Source: Callorhinchus milii (taxonomy: Eukaryota). Taken from it: DNA of 64,000 nt. Of this stretch, positions 36,301 to 48,867 are shown in pieces; position 1 is the stretch's first letter; each line of letters opens with the position of its first letter. Below the pieces are notes generated by a model. That model was not told where the DNA came from. It made no database searches and saw only the letters and a list, made by a program, of their open reading frames with translations. The position numbers and the translations under genes are program-made. The stretch is from contig NW_024704743.1 of the NCBI RefSeq assembly GCF_018977255.1, positions 98,148,001 through 98,212,000 on the forward strand. Reading direction: 5' to 3'.

Positions 36301-37625
36301 CAACAACAACAACAAGATTACATTTGTATAGTGCCTTTCACATCGGGAGGACGTCCCAAGGCGCTGGACAGTGTACAGCATTTCAGACCCAAGCTGGGAT
36401 CAGGGGGGGAGAAGGGAGGGGAGGGGAAGGGGGGATGTACAATGGCATGGTCGAAGAGGAGGGTTTTGAGGTGCGACTTGAAGGAGGATAAGGAGGTGGT
36501 TGTGGCGGAGTGACTGGGGGATGGAGTTCCAGAGGTTGGGGGCAGATTGTCTGAAGGCTCTCCTACCAATGGTAGGGCGGGTGGGTTGGGGGATGTGGAG
36601 CAGGCCGGAGACAACAACAACAACAACAACAACAACAAAACAAGATTCCATTTATTGAGCGCCTTTCACGTCGGGAGGACGTCCCAAGGCGCTGTACAGT
36701 TAGGTCAGGACCCGAGCAAGGGGGAGAATGGTCAGGGTGAGGGGAGGGAAGGGAGGGAGCGAGGAGGGGGTAAAGAGTCGAGAGGGGAGCTGAAGGCACG
36801 GTCAAAGAGAAAGGTCTTGAGACCGGCCTTGAAGGAGGAAAGGGAGGAAGCAAGGCGAAGGCACTGGGGGATAGAGTTCCAGAGCCTAGGGGCTGAGAGG
36901 CTGAAGGCCCGGCCACCGATGGTAGGGTGGTTGGGGCGGGGGATGTGGAGCAGACCAGAGCCAGAGGAACGGAGGGTACGGGCAGGTAGGTAAGGGGATA
37001 GTAGGTCGGAGAGGTAGGAGGGAGCAAGGCCGTGAATGGCCTTGTAGGTGAGGGTGAGTATTTTGAATTCGAAGACAGCTGAGTGGAGGGAATGGGCGGG
37101 TTGGTAGGGGGTTAGGAGGCCACAGAGATAGGGTGCTGCGAGGCCATTGAGGGCTTTGTAGGTGAGGATCAGGATTTTGAACTGGATCCTCTGAAGGATA
37201 GGAAGCCAATGGAGTCGGGCGAGATTGGGCGAGATGGGATCACGGAGTTTGGTGCGGGAGAGGACACGGGCTGCAGAATCTAGATTATCTGCAGCCTGTG
37301 GAGGGAAGAGTTGGGAAGGCCGACAAGCAGGGCGTTTGCATAGTTGATCCTTGAGGTAATGAAGGCATGAACAAGAGTTTCAGCGGCCTGAGGTAATGGC
37401 GGAGTCGGGCGATGTTACGGAGGTGAGGGAAGGCAGAGCGGGTCATGGCTTGGATGTGGGGAAGAAAAGACAGTTGAGGGTTGAACAAGACACCTAGGTT
37501 CCTGACTGGCTTGGTGAGTTGTAGTGTGCAACCATGGAGGTTGATGCTGCCAGTGCCTGAGGTGCTGAGGCACTGGCACGAGCCAATCAGGAGGGCCTCA
37601 GTCTTGTTCACATTCAACTGCAGGA
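36301..37625 (-). mobile_element. L2 subfamily B (36301-36610 and 37078-37625)
   Basis: B-type tail; [15 protein letters not shown] at its 5' end; interrupted by an L2-A. Confidence 0.9.
36614..37072 (-). mobile_element. L2 subfamily A 3' part nested in L2-B
   Basis: Close match to 42750-43189; AGACA duplicated at 36609-36613 and 37073-37077. Confidence 0.92.
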
Positions 37626-38919
37626 ACACAGCAATGTCCCACAAGCAGTTATAAAACAAATGGTCAATTTCATTTGGAGGATTGTTGACCAGGAGAAGTT
37701 CCCTTCTCTTTCTGAAAAGTCTCATATGATCTTTAACATTCACCTGAACAGACAGACGGGACCTTGATTTAATGTCTCATCTGAAGGACATCACCTCTGA
37801 TAATGCAGCACTCCTCCAGCACTGCATTAAAATGCCACCTTAGACTATGCTAGCTCAAGTCCTGACATAGGGCTTGAACCCGCAACCTTCTGGCTTAGAG
37901 GCGAGAGTGTTACTACTGAGCCAGGTTGACACTCAATCTGAGTTACTGTCTACCTCTTCAGATGGACAGTAAAGATTCCCTGGCACTATTGAAAAAGTAA
38001 AAGCAGTTTCTATCTCCTAGCCATCAATCTCCCAGTTGAAACTGATCATTCACTTCATGGCTGTTTGTGAGATATTGTTCCGTGCAAATTGGCTGCATTT
38101 TTCACCTACAAATAGTCACTACACTTTTTTTTGTGAATCCTGTGATGTGCATTAATACATTATTACAATGTAATCAACATTGTATCACTCAGAGATGCTA
38201 TCCTGTGTGAAAGGAACTATATAAATGCAAGTTGTTGTTGTATCATATGCAATGATTATTGGCGTAGCATTAATTTCTACTTTTATTTCTATCATATGTA
38301 AAGATTATAATGGCAAAATTGGGTGCTAGGGGATTTCAGGTCTAATTCAACTTTAGAGCAGAAAGTATAACTTGAACTTTCTAGCTCTATACCCGGTTTG
38401 CTAATCGCACCGTCAAACGTGAATTGTACAGATAATACGCAAATCTGCAGACATGCCCAGTGACTGGTGCCTGCTAACAGTTAATCACTATGGTAAACTC
38501 AGTCAGTAATTGCAACCCAGAAGTCACAAATTGAAAATAAATCATTCTGTAGATAGGCTAAAAACACATAATTTTAATATAATTTAAATGCAACCTTTGT
38601 ACTTACAGCTTGTGTGCGGAATTTGGGCACAATTTAAATTCATTGCAAAGCAGTTCATACCCTTAGGTTCCAGAAACTCAACACTGATATTTGTGTCCAT
38701 GCATCCAAAATGTATTGGCATGTTTAGACCACTTAAATGATCCCTGAAGGGATCAAAGCTACTTAAGCGAAAGCAAAGCTTGTCTTAAATGTAAAACTAT
38801 TACATTTAAGCTCCTAGTCATTAAAGATCAACTACCTTCTGTTCCTTCCTGTGCCTTAGGTCAACTTGTTTCATGAATTTGAGTCTTTATGATGTCAAAT
38901 CATCACAAGGTGGATTTAT

Positions 38920-39200
38920 CAGCTTGGTTCATTTGGTGGCATCCTTACTTTTGGGTAGGAATATTGTGGGTTCAATTCCCACTTTAGGGACATTGAGCTC
39001 ACAGTCGAGGCTAGACTGGCATGCCAGTGCAGTGCTACATTGTCAGAGGTGCTGTCCTTTGAATGAGATGTTTAACCATGACACTAATAAAGAAGAGAGT
39101 GTCTGCCAATGTCCAATAATTCACCAAAATAAGTTGACCATTCACTCTCTGGCTGTTTATGAAATATTGCCCACAAATGCAGTCACTGCACTTAACAGTA
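38920..39200 (+). mobile_element. Decayed Deu-SINE (another partial copy at ~37950-38170)
   Basis: CAGCTTGGTTCA..GTGGGTTCAATTCCC head and TGCAGTGCTACATTGTCAGAGGTGCTGTC core. Confidence 0.65.
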
Positions 39201-39385
39201 ATTACTGAGATGTTATATATCAGGTATTCTTATAAATCAGGCTCTGTTAGTTAATATTTTAAGCACCAACTTCAGAGTTGGGAAGATACCTCACAACCGA
39301 GCTGGAGAAGCTGGTGAGTAGAGTATTGAAAAGATCTATCCTTTTGGTGGTAAAAGCAGGAATAAGAGTTTCAGTGAGGGTGAGG

Positions 39386-39708
39386 TAATAATAATAATAA
39401 TAATAATCCTTGCATTTGATGTAGCGCTTTTCACGTCGGGAGGCCATCCCAAAGCGCTTCACAGAACACACTGTAAAGTGAATTGACTGTATATTTGTGG
39501 GCGAACGCGGCAGCCAATTGCGCACAGCAATGTCCCACAAACAGTCGTAGATTGAAAATGACCAATTCATTATTGTTTTTGGTTTTGGAGGGATTATTAT
39601 TAGGCGTGTGGAGTAAGGAAACTTGCCCAAGGTTTCGCCCTGCCTGGAATTGAACTCAGGTCTCTCACTTGCAAAGCGAGTGCTCTAACCACTGAGCTAC
39701 AGGACTCC
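39386..39708 (-). mobile_element. Young short tRNA-Ala SINE, full length, inside an old L2
   Basis: Full family match; flank 39255-39385 encodes a decayed ETLIPAFTTKRIDLFNTLL L2 motif on the minus strand. Confidence 0.95.
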
Positions 39709-40044
39709 ACGACAGACAGACGTAGCCAATGTCTGGAGATTTAGGGCAGTCTTGTTTACAGACCAAATGCAGCATTTTCCAACTCTGCACAGGATCAAGC
39801 AAAGACAAAGGTTTACCTGGTTCAGCCTAATTGAGCAGCATGGGAGCTTGATGGAACCAGAGGCACATAGCTACTGCAAGTCCCAAACAAAATGGATTCT
39901 GTCTTGCTGACGTTCAACAATACGTTATGGTTCGATATGCATGTATTATGGGGAGGTGCTGAGTAAAGATAGTTACCATCCTACAGGGAAATTTAAAAAA
40001 TAAGAGGGCGAGAAACATGCTTCCCAAACAGTGATCAGGATTTG

Positions 40045-40427
40045 AGCCTGGCTCAGTTGTTAGAATTCCCACCTCTGAGTCAAAAGGTTGTGAGATCAAG
40101 TCCCATGTCAGGATTTTAGCACTCCAATACAATGCTGGCGGAGCCTTGTATTGTTGCAGGCGCTGTTCTTCAAATGAGTTGTAAAACCAAGGTCCCTGCT
40201 GCCTCTTGAGGAGGACGTTAAGTACCCTTGGCACTGTTTGAAAAGAGAAGTGAGTTTCTCCTGATATCTTGCCCAGTAATCTCTCAGATAAAATCGAACA
40301 TTCACTTGATTGTAGTTTGTGGGCAAATTAGCTGCCACATTGGCCTACGAAACACACAGTCACTACACTGTACAGTAAAATCCTGTAAAGCGCTTTGAAA
40401 ATTTTCAACAACATGATAAAGTGCTAT
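40045..40427 (+). mobile_element. Deu-SINE whose tail is split by the long L2
   Basis: Tail GTGCTAT continues after the L2 as ACCAAACACAAGGATTATTA (43193-43212). Confidence 0.82.
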
Positions 40428-40860
40428 CCACACGGGGAGCGGTGGCAGGACAGCGCGGGGAGGAACCTGGGCCTACCTACCCAGGTACTTAAGCACGAGG
40501 TGGCAGGGAGTGCAGCTAAGGAGGGTGAGGAGGGAACGGGTGGGGGCGGAGCGGGGGAACCGCTGACTTCATAGTTTAGTTTTCAGGAGTGTGCGCGCGC
40601 AACAAAAAAAAAACCTCTGCCCTTTGGTCCTGTTGGGTTTGCTGGGATAATGCCATCCACCTGACCGCTGGCTCCCGGTCCCCGCGTGCGCACTATGGCT
40701 GCCGCTTTGACCCGAGACCCCTCACCCCCTCCCTCCCTCCTCCCTCCTCTCTACCCCCAAACCCTCCCCCTCTGCATCTCTCCCACTCTGTCCTCCTCCC
40801 TCTCCGTCCCTCTCGCCTTCTATCCCACTTGACCCTCCCACAACCTCCCTCTGTTCCAGC

Positions 40861-41697
40861 CTGGGAATCCTCCGCCGGGTTCACCGTGGCACTCGGCGTT
40901 GGCTGTCCAGCAGCAGCCACACTAACTGCCCCATTCCCCACCACACTCGCCAGCCACCCCGGACACAGACCCGGGGAGCCAACCTCTCCTCCCTCATCCC
41001 CATTTCCCCCACCCCTGCTTCACAACCTGGATCCCCCTCCCCTCCCACACACCCTTCTGTCAACCGCTCCCTCCACATCGGACTACAAAACGTCTGCTCC
41101 CTCTGTAACAAGGCCCTGGTCATCAACGATCTCATCCTTGATGTTAGCGTTGACATCATGGCCTTAACGGAAACCTGGCTCACCCCAGGCGACACCTTCC
41201 CCCTCACAGAGGCCACACCACCCGGTTACATCTCCCACCACATCCCTCGCCCCAACCGCCGTGGCGGTGGTGTAGCCCTTACCCTTATCCACCCCTACTC
41301 CTCTGGCTCTTTCCCCTCTTTCGAGCACCTCACCCTCTCCCGACCCTCCTTCCTCTCACTCAAATTCCTCCTCCTCTACCGGCCCCCTAAAACCTCTCCC
41401 ACCTTCATCTCCGATATTTCAACACTTCTTACATCTCTCTGCCTCTGCTCTGATCGCCTCATCATCCTGGGCAACTTCAACCTGCACTTCACCCCCTCCT
41501 GCTCCATCTCCTCAGACTTCTCTTCCCTGCTCTCCTCGCTCAACCTCTCCCTCCACATCAACTCCCCCACTCACAGTCACGGCCACCCACTCGACTTGGT
41601 GATCACCCGGGGCCTCAGTGTCTCGGATGCCACTATCACCGACAAGGCCGTCTCCGATCACCACTTCATCTCCTTCACCACCTCCACCCTCCCTTGA
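40861..41697 (+). pseudogene. L2 N-terminus and APE endonuclease, disrupted
   Basis: One frame reads LQNVCSL..ALTETWL..RGGGVAL..YRPP..GNFN..LDLVI..SDH. The catalytic GDFN is changed to GNFN. Confidence 0.9.
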
Positions 41698-43035
41698 TAC
41701 GTCGCAGCTGTCAAGCTACCGGCCCATCTCCAACCTCCCTTTCCTGTCCAAGGTCCTTGAAAGAGTTGTCGCCTCCCAGCTGCGCTCTTTCCTCTCCACC
41801 CATGCATTATTCAAACCCCTTCAGTCGGGTTTCCGTGCTGCCCATAGCACAGAAACTGCCCTGGTCAAGGTCACCAATGACATCTTGACCATCTGCGACC
41901 AGGGCTCCCGCTGCCTCCTCGTCCTCCTCGACCTATCGGCAGCATTCAATACGGTCGACCGCGCTATCCTCCTCCACCGCTTGTCCTCCCACCTCAACCT
42001 TAAAGGCCCTGTCCTTGAGTGGTTTAGGTCGTACCTCTCCCACCGTCTTCATTTTGTTTCCACAAACGGCTTTTCCTTCACCCCCCACACTGTCTCGTGC
42101 GGTGTCCCTCAGGGCTCTGTCCTCGGTCCCCTCCTCTTCACCTTCTATATGCTCCCCTTTGGTGACATCATCCGTAGACATGGGGTTAACTTCCACATGT
42201 ATGCGGATGACACCCAACTCTACCTTTCCTCCTCTACCCTCAACTCCACGACCACCGATGTCCTGACAGCCTGCCTGTCCGACATTGAGTCCTGGACGAG
42301 AGACAACTTTCTTCAGCTCAACGTACGTAAAACTGAGGCCCTCCTGATTGGTTCGCGTCAGCGCCTCCGCACCTCAGGCGCTGACAGCATCAGCATCCAA
42401 GGCTGCACTCTCCACCTCTCAAAGCCAGTCAGGAACCTCGGGGTTCTGTTCGACCCTGAGTTGTGCTTTCTTCCCCACATCCGCGGCACAACTGGCACCG
42501 CCTTCCATCACCTCCGGAACATCACCAGACTACGGCTCTGCTTCACCCCTCACACTGCTGAATCTGGTCCACGCCTTTATCACCTCAAGGCTGGACTATG
42601 GGAACTCTCTCCTCACTGGCCTTCCTGGCACCTCCCTCCACAAGCTGCAGGTCATTCAGAACTCCGCAGCTCGTGTACTGTCCCGCACCAGGCTTCGCGA
42701 CCACATCACTCCCACCCTCGCTCGCCTCCACTGGCTCCCCATCCCCCAGAGGATCAAATTCAAGATCCTCATCCTCACCTACAAGGCCATTCAGGGCCTT
42801 GCTCCCTCCTACCTCTCCGACTTACTATCCCCCTACCTACCTGCCCATACCCTCCATTCCTCTGGCTCCGGTCTGCTCCACATCCCCCGCCCCAACCGCC
42901 CTACCATCAGTGGCCGGGCCTTCAGCCTCTCAGCCCCTAGGCTCTGGAACTCTATCCCCCAGTGCCTTTGCCTTGCCTCCAGCCTTTCCTCCTTCAAGGC
43001 CGGTCTCAAGACCTTTCTCTTTGACCGTGCCCTCT
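41692..43035 (+). pseudogene. L2 reverse transcriptase and C-terminal domain, one frameshift
   Basis: [37 protein letters not shown] (42200-42211). A 2-nt deletion near 42562 relative to the first copy shifts the frame. Confidence 0.92.
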
Positions 43036-44199
43036 CGACCCTCTACCCCCTCCTCGCTCCCTCCCTTCCCTCCCCTCACCCTGACCATTTCCCCCCTGCA
43101 CGGGTCCTGACCCAACTGCACAGCGCTTTGGGAAGTCCTCCCGACGTGAAAGGCTCTCCATAAATGGAATCTTGTTGTTGTTGTTGTTGTATACCAAACA
43201 CAAGGATTATTACATTATACTGTATTCCCATAAAAACAACTATAACAAAACAAACAATATCAGTGACTATCCATCTCAATGATAGTCTGTGTGGGAAGAA
43301 CAGGAAGGAGATTAATACCATTAAAATAGGTCTAAAATATTGATTACAAGTATTGCATACTTCACCCTTATTCCAATATGGTCATCAATAGTGACATGGT
43401 TTGCTTGTTTATTGAACTGCATGCCATCAAGAATGTATGACAGTGTATACAGTATACCAGAAGAAAGCATTAAATGGAAAGAAAATTCCCCCTGGGAGCT
43501 ATCTGTATTGAATAAGAGTATAAGACAAGAAAACATAGAACAAGAAAAGGCCATTTAGCCCTGAAGCTTGTTTTCACAGAAGATGTACAATCCACTCTGC
43601 CATTGACTCTGCTCGATCCATTTAATCTCTTAAGGAAAGGTTCTGCTGAGTTTACGCTTGCTTGCCAAAGCAGGATTATCTCTAAATGTACTCTAATGGG
43701 CTTGTCATTGTGGATTGTGCTTGACTATTCAGGTACATATAGCTGTGGTTCCTTCACCCCTCAGATGTAATACAATTTCCAGCAAACAGCTATTTGCAAC
43801 AATTAACCCACTAATAAATCACATCTAGCTTGAGGTTTTGCATTCCATTAAATGCTCCCTTTCTCTTCTATGTCAAGAGTAGCTGATAAGATTGAGCATT
43901 CAGTACAATAATGCAGACTGGAGCCAATAGATAACAAAAGCATCTTTCTCTTTAATGCAATCATTCATTCTATGTGAACACATTTCATCCAGCCCCCCCG
44001 AAACATGTCACCAGTTTGATCTAAACAATAAATAAATAACCATTGGTATAGCCTTGAGAATATTAACAAGTAAGAGAAATTTGTCATTGCTGACACTTTT
44101 TAAAATGTTTTCTTCTCACTAATTCTCTTGTTTTCCTTGCCTGCCGGGATTTTACTACCGGAATCTAGTCTGATTCCCCCCATTGTCTCACTCACTTTT

Positions 44200-44390
44200 T
44201 TCTCTTCAGCCGTGCCTTCAGCTCTCCTCTCGACTCTCTATCCCCTCCTCGCTCCCTCCCTTCCCTCCCCTCACCCTTACCATTTCTCCCCTGCTCGGGT
44301 CCCGACCCAACTGTCCAGCGCCTTGGGACATCCTCCCGACGTGAAAGGTGCTTTATAAATGCAATCTTGTTGTTGTTGTTGGTGTTGTTG
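44200..44390 (+). mobile_element. L2-A 3' end
   Basis: Matches 4060-4231; CTC is present at both junctions. Confidence 0.9.
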
Positions 44391-44890
44391 CTCAGCTGGA
44401 TGTCTAACAAATGTGGACAAGAATATCCAAACCAGACTGAGAGTTTCACATATGCATGCACTTGTGCATTGACATTTCCTCATGTTTGGAATGGAATACA
44501 CACCTTCTCCCTGGCAGGAGGCACTCTGCTTACCTAATTCTGGAGAGGTATAGGCACATTTTGACAAGAGCCAAGACTTGGGGAGCCTAGACTGTGAGTT
44601 GGAGTACACCAGGAGTCTAAGCGGTTAGCAGTGTCTGGCAAGTCTCCCAATACTTGTCCAGCTAAGACCAGCCTACACATTAGGATTTTGGTTTGAGGAT
44701 GAGGTGCTATGTTGAGCCAGACTGGCTGGTCTATCATCCGCAGTGGCTTAGAGTACTGTATACCCATCCCATCTGGCTCAGGAACCGAATGACAGAAACA
44801 AAGTGGATCGGCTCGATTCCAACATTCTGTTGCCAAGCATGCCATCTTGGAACCAGTTCAGCTCCAAATAGACTCCACTTACCTCCAGAG
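44391..44890 (+). repeat. Unclassified old interspersed repeat (copy 2)
   Basis: AAGAATATCCAAACC, GGAATGGAATACACAC, CTTACCTAATTCTGGA, CTGGCTCAGGAA and GGCTCGATTCCAAC are shared with the other copies. Confidence 0.72.
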
Positions 44891-44977
44891 TAGAATAGTG
44901 ACAAGTTGGTACCTCAAACAAGTGAGGTATTGGAGGCTGTGACAATATTTTAAAATTGAAAAGTTGTCAACCCTGTC

Positions 44978-45006
44978 TGTGTATGTGTGTATGTGTGTGT
45001 GTGTGT
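44978..45006. repeat. (TG)n microsatellite
   Basis: Direct reading. Confidence 0.9.
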
Positions 45007-45728
45007 AAAAAATGTGACTTTCAATCAACAATTGGGCCCCATTATGTCAGGGATAAACTGTTTTACAAATTTCTCACCCTCCTCTGTTAATCTGCTAAAA
45101 CCTTAAAATGTTCCACAGTCATTGTCCCAAAAGCAATAATAAATTCTTTCACACCCTGAATTATTGAGACCTTTGAAGCTTCCCCCAAATCAATGATTCA
45201 TTAAGATCAATGTGTTTCGCTTTGTGTGGGCAGACGTCCAAAAATATTTATCTGGAAAGACCTTTGGGGGAGAACAGAAGGTCTCAAGGTCATATCAAAA
45301 TCAAGAGAGACACAACCTGCCTTATTGTTTATATACTGTGAAGAAAAAAGTACAGAAGTTAGAGAGGTAGAAATTAGAATTCCAGAAGTCCAAGATCTAG
45401 TTACTGAAGACTCAGCCACCGATGGTGGTAGGAAGGGGTGAGGGGACACAGAGGAAGGCTAAACTAGCAAAGTGGAGGGGTGAGAGGTCAAAGGGATTAG
45501 AAGAATTCACAAGATCAAAATGACCTCTTGTCATCAAACAAAAAATGCTCAACTTTTAGTTGTATATTTAAGATTATTTACACCTAGCTTATGATAACTG
45601 CCCTACCAACAGAAGCCACTAGTTCTGCACTCTTTTCAAACTTGAGGGCATTGAATTGTTACAAGCGAGTAATAGGATAGAATGTGCCTAAGGGGAAGTT
45701 GTGAGATGTTAATTAACTTGTCACTCAC

Positions 45729-45875
45729 AATGTTCAAACAGTGTGAGGTAGCAATAAACAGGGCAAATTCATCTCAATGAATTGAGATCTCCAAATTGAG
45801 ATCTCCAAATGTTCAAACAGTGTGAGGTAGCAATAAACAGGGCAAATTCATCTCAATGAATTGAGATCTCCAAAT
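45729..45875. repeat. Perfect 68-bp tandem duplication with nested 14-bp duplication
   Basis: 45729-45796 is identical to 45808-45875; TGAGATCTCCAAAT occurs twice at 45783-45810. Confidence 0.95.
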
Positions 45876-46216
45876 GTCATGATCAAGCTGTAGTGTTTCA
45901 CTGGGTGGGACATCTGTAATACTGAATTCAGTTTTATACCATTAAATAAGATCCCCAATGCCCAGATTCCCACTTTTAGAGGGACAAGCAATGAGGAACA
46001 ATTAGATAACTAAGGCGCTTCTGCTTTGAAAAGAAACATCTTCAGAGGGGGACAGAGGTACTTAAGAAGTTAAATGAGATAGAAAAAGGAAACCCAGAAC
46101 AATACTTTCAGATACGCCAAAGATTAAGGCACATGCAGAATAAGGGCTTCAGGTTCAGGAGAGTTACAATCTTAGGACAGTTACAAGGAAATATTACTTT
46201 GCACAGAATAATAAAA

Positions 46217-46657
46217 TAATAATCAATCCTTTCATTTGATATAAAGCCTTAACATGTCTTTGAGACGTGTAAAGTGCTTCACAAGATATACTGTGAAGTG
46301 CAATGACTGTGTATTTTGTGGGTGAAATGCGGTAGCCAGATGTGAACAGCAATGTCCCACAAACAGCCACAAAATGAATCACCAATTTTATTTGAGGAAC
46401 TGTTGGCCAGGACACTGGGAGAAACTACCTTCTCTTTTCAAATAGTGCCATGGGATCTTTAACATCCGCCCGAATAGGCATATGTGACTCCATTTTAATG
46501 TCTCATCTGAAAGATGGCACTTCCAACAATGCAGCCCACCCCCAGCACCACATTGGAGAGTCAGCTTAGATTATGTGATTCGAAGTCCCGACGTGGAATT
46601 TAAACCCACAACCATCTGACTCAGAAGCAAGAATGCTACCACTGAGCCAAGCTGACA
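46217..46657 (-). mobile_element. Deu-domain SINE, full length
   Basis: GTCAGCTTGGCTCAGTGGTAGCATTC head, Deu core, tail. Confidence 0.88.
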
Positions 46658-47457
46658 CGTGGGAGGTAATTAAAAGCTGTAAAAGGTTACCAGAAAGGGT
46701 AGTAGAGGGCAGGACCATAAGACTCTTTTAAGAAATACAGTAGTTACATGCTGTAATGGGAAGAAGCTTGGTTGGGTGTCTGGAGGATATAATCAAATAG
46801 GCCAAAAAGCCGACTTCATTTGAACCTCACTTGTGACCTTATGGAAGTGCTTGTCATCTCATCACCTCCGTTCATCGCTTTTTGTGCTGGCAGGCAAGGT
46901 TGAGCAGCACAATGTTACATTCAGCACCTAATTATTGGAACAAAGTTGACAACTAAGACAACATCCGCATATTGTACAACCAAACCTCAAGTTTTTTTTA
47001 ACCTTTTATTCAGCTTTATATCCTTTTTCAACATGTGTTCAAGGATAAGATCACTGTAGAAACTCATCCTAATATTGTATTCCATAAAAGGGATTATTTT
47101 TATGGAGCTTCTAAATAGAGAAGCAAGTGTTATCCAGGCAGTTAAGAAAAGGTCTAACCCACAACTGTGCAAATTTTAATTAAAGGGAAATATTCCACTC
47201 GGCAATAGGCAATTTTAATAATAACCCTTTTATGTTTCTCATTGTATTTCTTTTAACAAATAGCCATTTTGTTGAGTGTTTCATTACATGTGTTTTTGTG
47301 GGGCTTAAAACTCAATTGAACAAGAGACAAGACAGGCAATCAAATAACATGCGATCCTCAAACGTTTACCAGATCCTACATTAAAGCAGGAAATGGCACT
47401 ACAAGACTTCCTGGTGTCAAGTACATCATCAAGACTAATTTATTTAGACCATCTCTT

Positions 47458-47850
47458 CAACAACAACAACAACAACTTGCACTTATATAGCGCCCTCCAT
47501 GCATGGTAGCATCTCAGAGCGCTTAACAGCGGCGGAGCATGACTCCAAGCCGTGGGGAGGGTGGAGGTGGCTGTAAGCACGGTCAAAGAGGAAAGTTTCC
47601 AGGCGGGACTTGAAAGAGGGCAGAGAGTGGGGAAGGCAGAGGGATTGAGGGTAAGTGTTCCAGAGTTTCGGGGCGTAGTGGCATTAAAGCGCAACCTCCA
47701 ATGAAGGGGTGGAGGGCGTGAGGGACGAGCAGGAGGCCGGTGCCAGTCGAGTGGAGGCGCCGGGTGGTGGATTGGGGAGTGAGGAGGTCGGAACGGTAGG
47801 GAGGTGCCAGAGAGTGAACGGATTTGAACACGAGAGTGAGGATCACTTCA
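47458..47850 (-). mobile_element. L2 3' fragment, third subfamily
   Basis: ILTLVFKSVHSLAPPY coding remnant; different 3' UTR ending GGCGCTATATAAGTGCAAG(TTG)n. Confidence 0.82.
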
Positions 47851-48867
47851 AATACTTAGTACAGTATTGGGTGAGTAACTCATTTTTGAATACCCTCTGA
47901 TACTCTCCCTTAATGATTCAGTCACATTACAAAAAAAATCACTAGTTTCTATACTGGGGAGTGAATTTTGAATCTACCGTTGTCATCTCTAGAGAAAGCA
48001 GGGATACTAGCAGAGGAATAAATCTCCTTAGACAACAGGTTTCAGAAACTATGGATATATCAATAGATGAAAATATACCATTCTCCTGACTAAGAAGCAC
48101 AGTGAGGAAGAGGGATACATTTAGGGGGAAATTCCAATGGTATATTTTTATATATAAAGTAATTCTTATTCCTACCTTAAATGCTGATTGAGTGATTTTG
48201 ATTTATTTCTCCCTGACTGGTCTTCGGTTGAAAAGTATCCTTTTTTTTACAACTGCTACCTTTAGGTTTAAACTCGAAAGACCTTTTTAATCCTTTAAAT
48301 ATTACAGTTTACTTTTTCAAAGTCTCCCTTTTCTGTTCTACCTTATGCCCTAATGTTAATCTTATTGAGCTTATGGAATATTTCATCTATTTCTATCCTT
48401 TTGGCTACACATCTCCTTTCTGCAATTACATTATATTTTGAAAAAAATATTACCACGAAATAGAATTCAGACCGAGCGTAACAAAAAATAACAAGCTAGA
48501 GTTCAAATAGAATAGAATTTTGTGGCATATTGATTTGGCTGTTATCTTTGTGTGATAAATTGTTTCCCTCACATCCTCAAATTTAGGCACCTTCCTTATT
48601 CTACTCCTTGTGTTAATTAATAATAATAATTCTTGCATTAATTATAGCGCCTTATCACGTCTTCGAGCTGTCTCAAAACACTTCACAGAACTGACACAGA
48701 ATCAAAGTATATTTTGAAGTAAAGTATGAAAACGTTTGAAATTTATGATTAAAAGTTGTCATTGCTTCTATGCCGTGCAAAATAACAGGAAGGTTAAGGA
48801 AGGTCGCAAATTGGACGACAGGAAATGTTGTTTACAATTTGGAATTGCCATCTAGGGTGCCTGTTAC

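Larger units (their letters stand above)
36169..37930 (-). mobile_element. Deu-SINE (36169-36300 and 37626-37930) split by nested L2s
   Basis: Halves rejoin as CCAATTGCA|CACAGCAATGTCCCAC; CACA is repeated at both junctions. Confidence 0.85.
40428..43189 (+). mobile_element. Near 5'-complete L2-A LINE with internal deletion
   Basis: GC-rich 5' region; N-terminal LGILRRVHRGTRR and RGANLSSLIPI motifs; APE endonuclease; RT; 3' UTR with (TTG)n; TAT duplication at both ends. Confidence 0.95.

Noticed and set aside
39259..39630. Recurrent ORF family MGKFPYSTRL..CLWDIAVRNWLP..KDYYYY
   Set aside because: Translations of SINE copies; poly-Tyr/Asn come from the (ATT)n tail.
45729..45875. CRISPR-like repeat-spacer array
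   Set aside because: Only two units, no unique spacers, vertebrate context.
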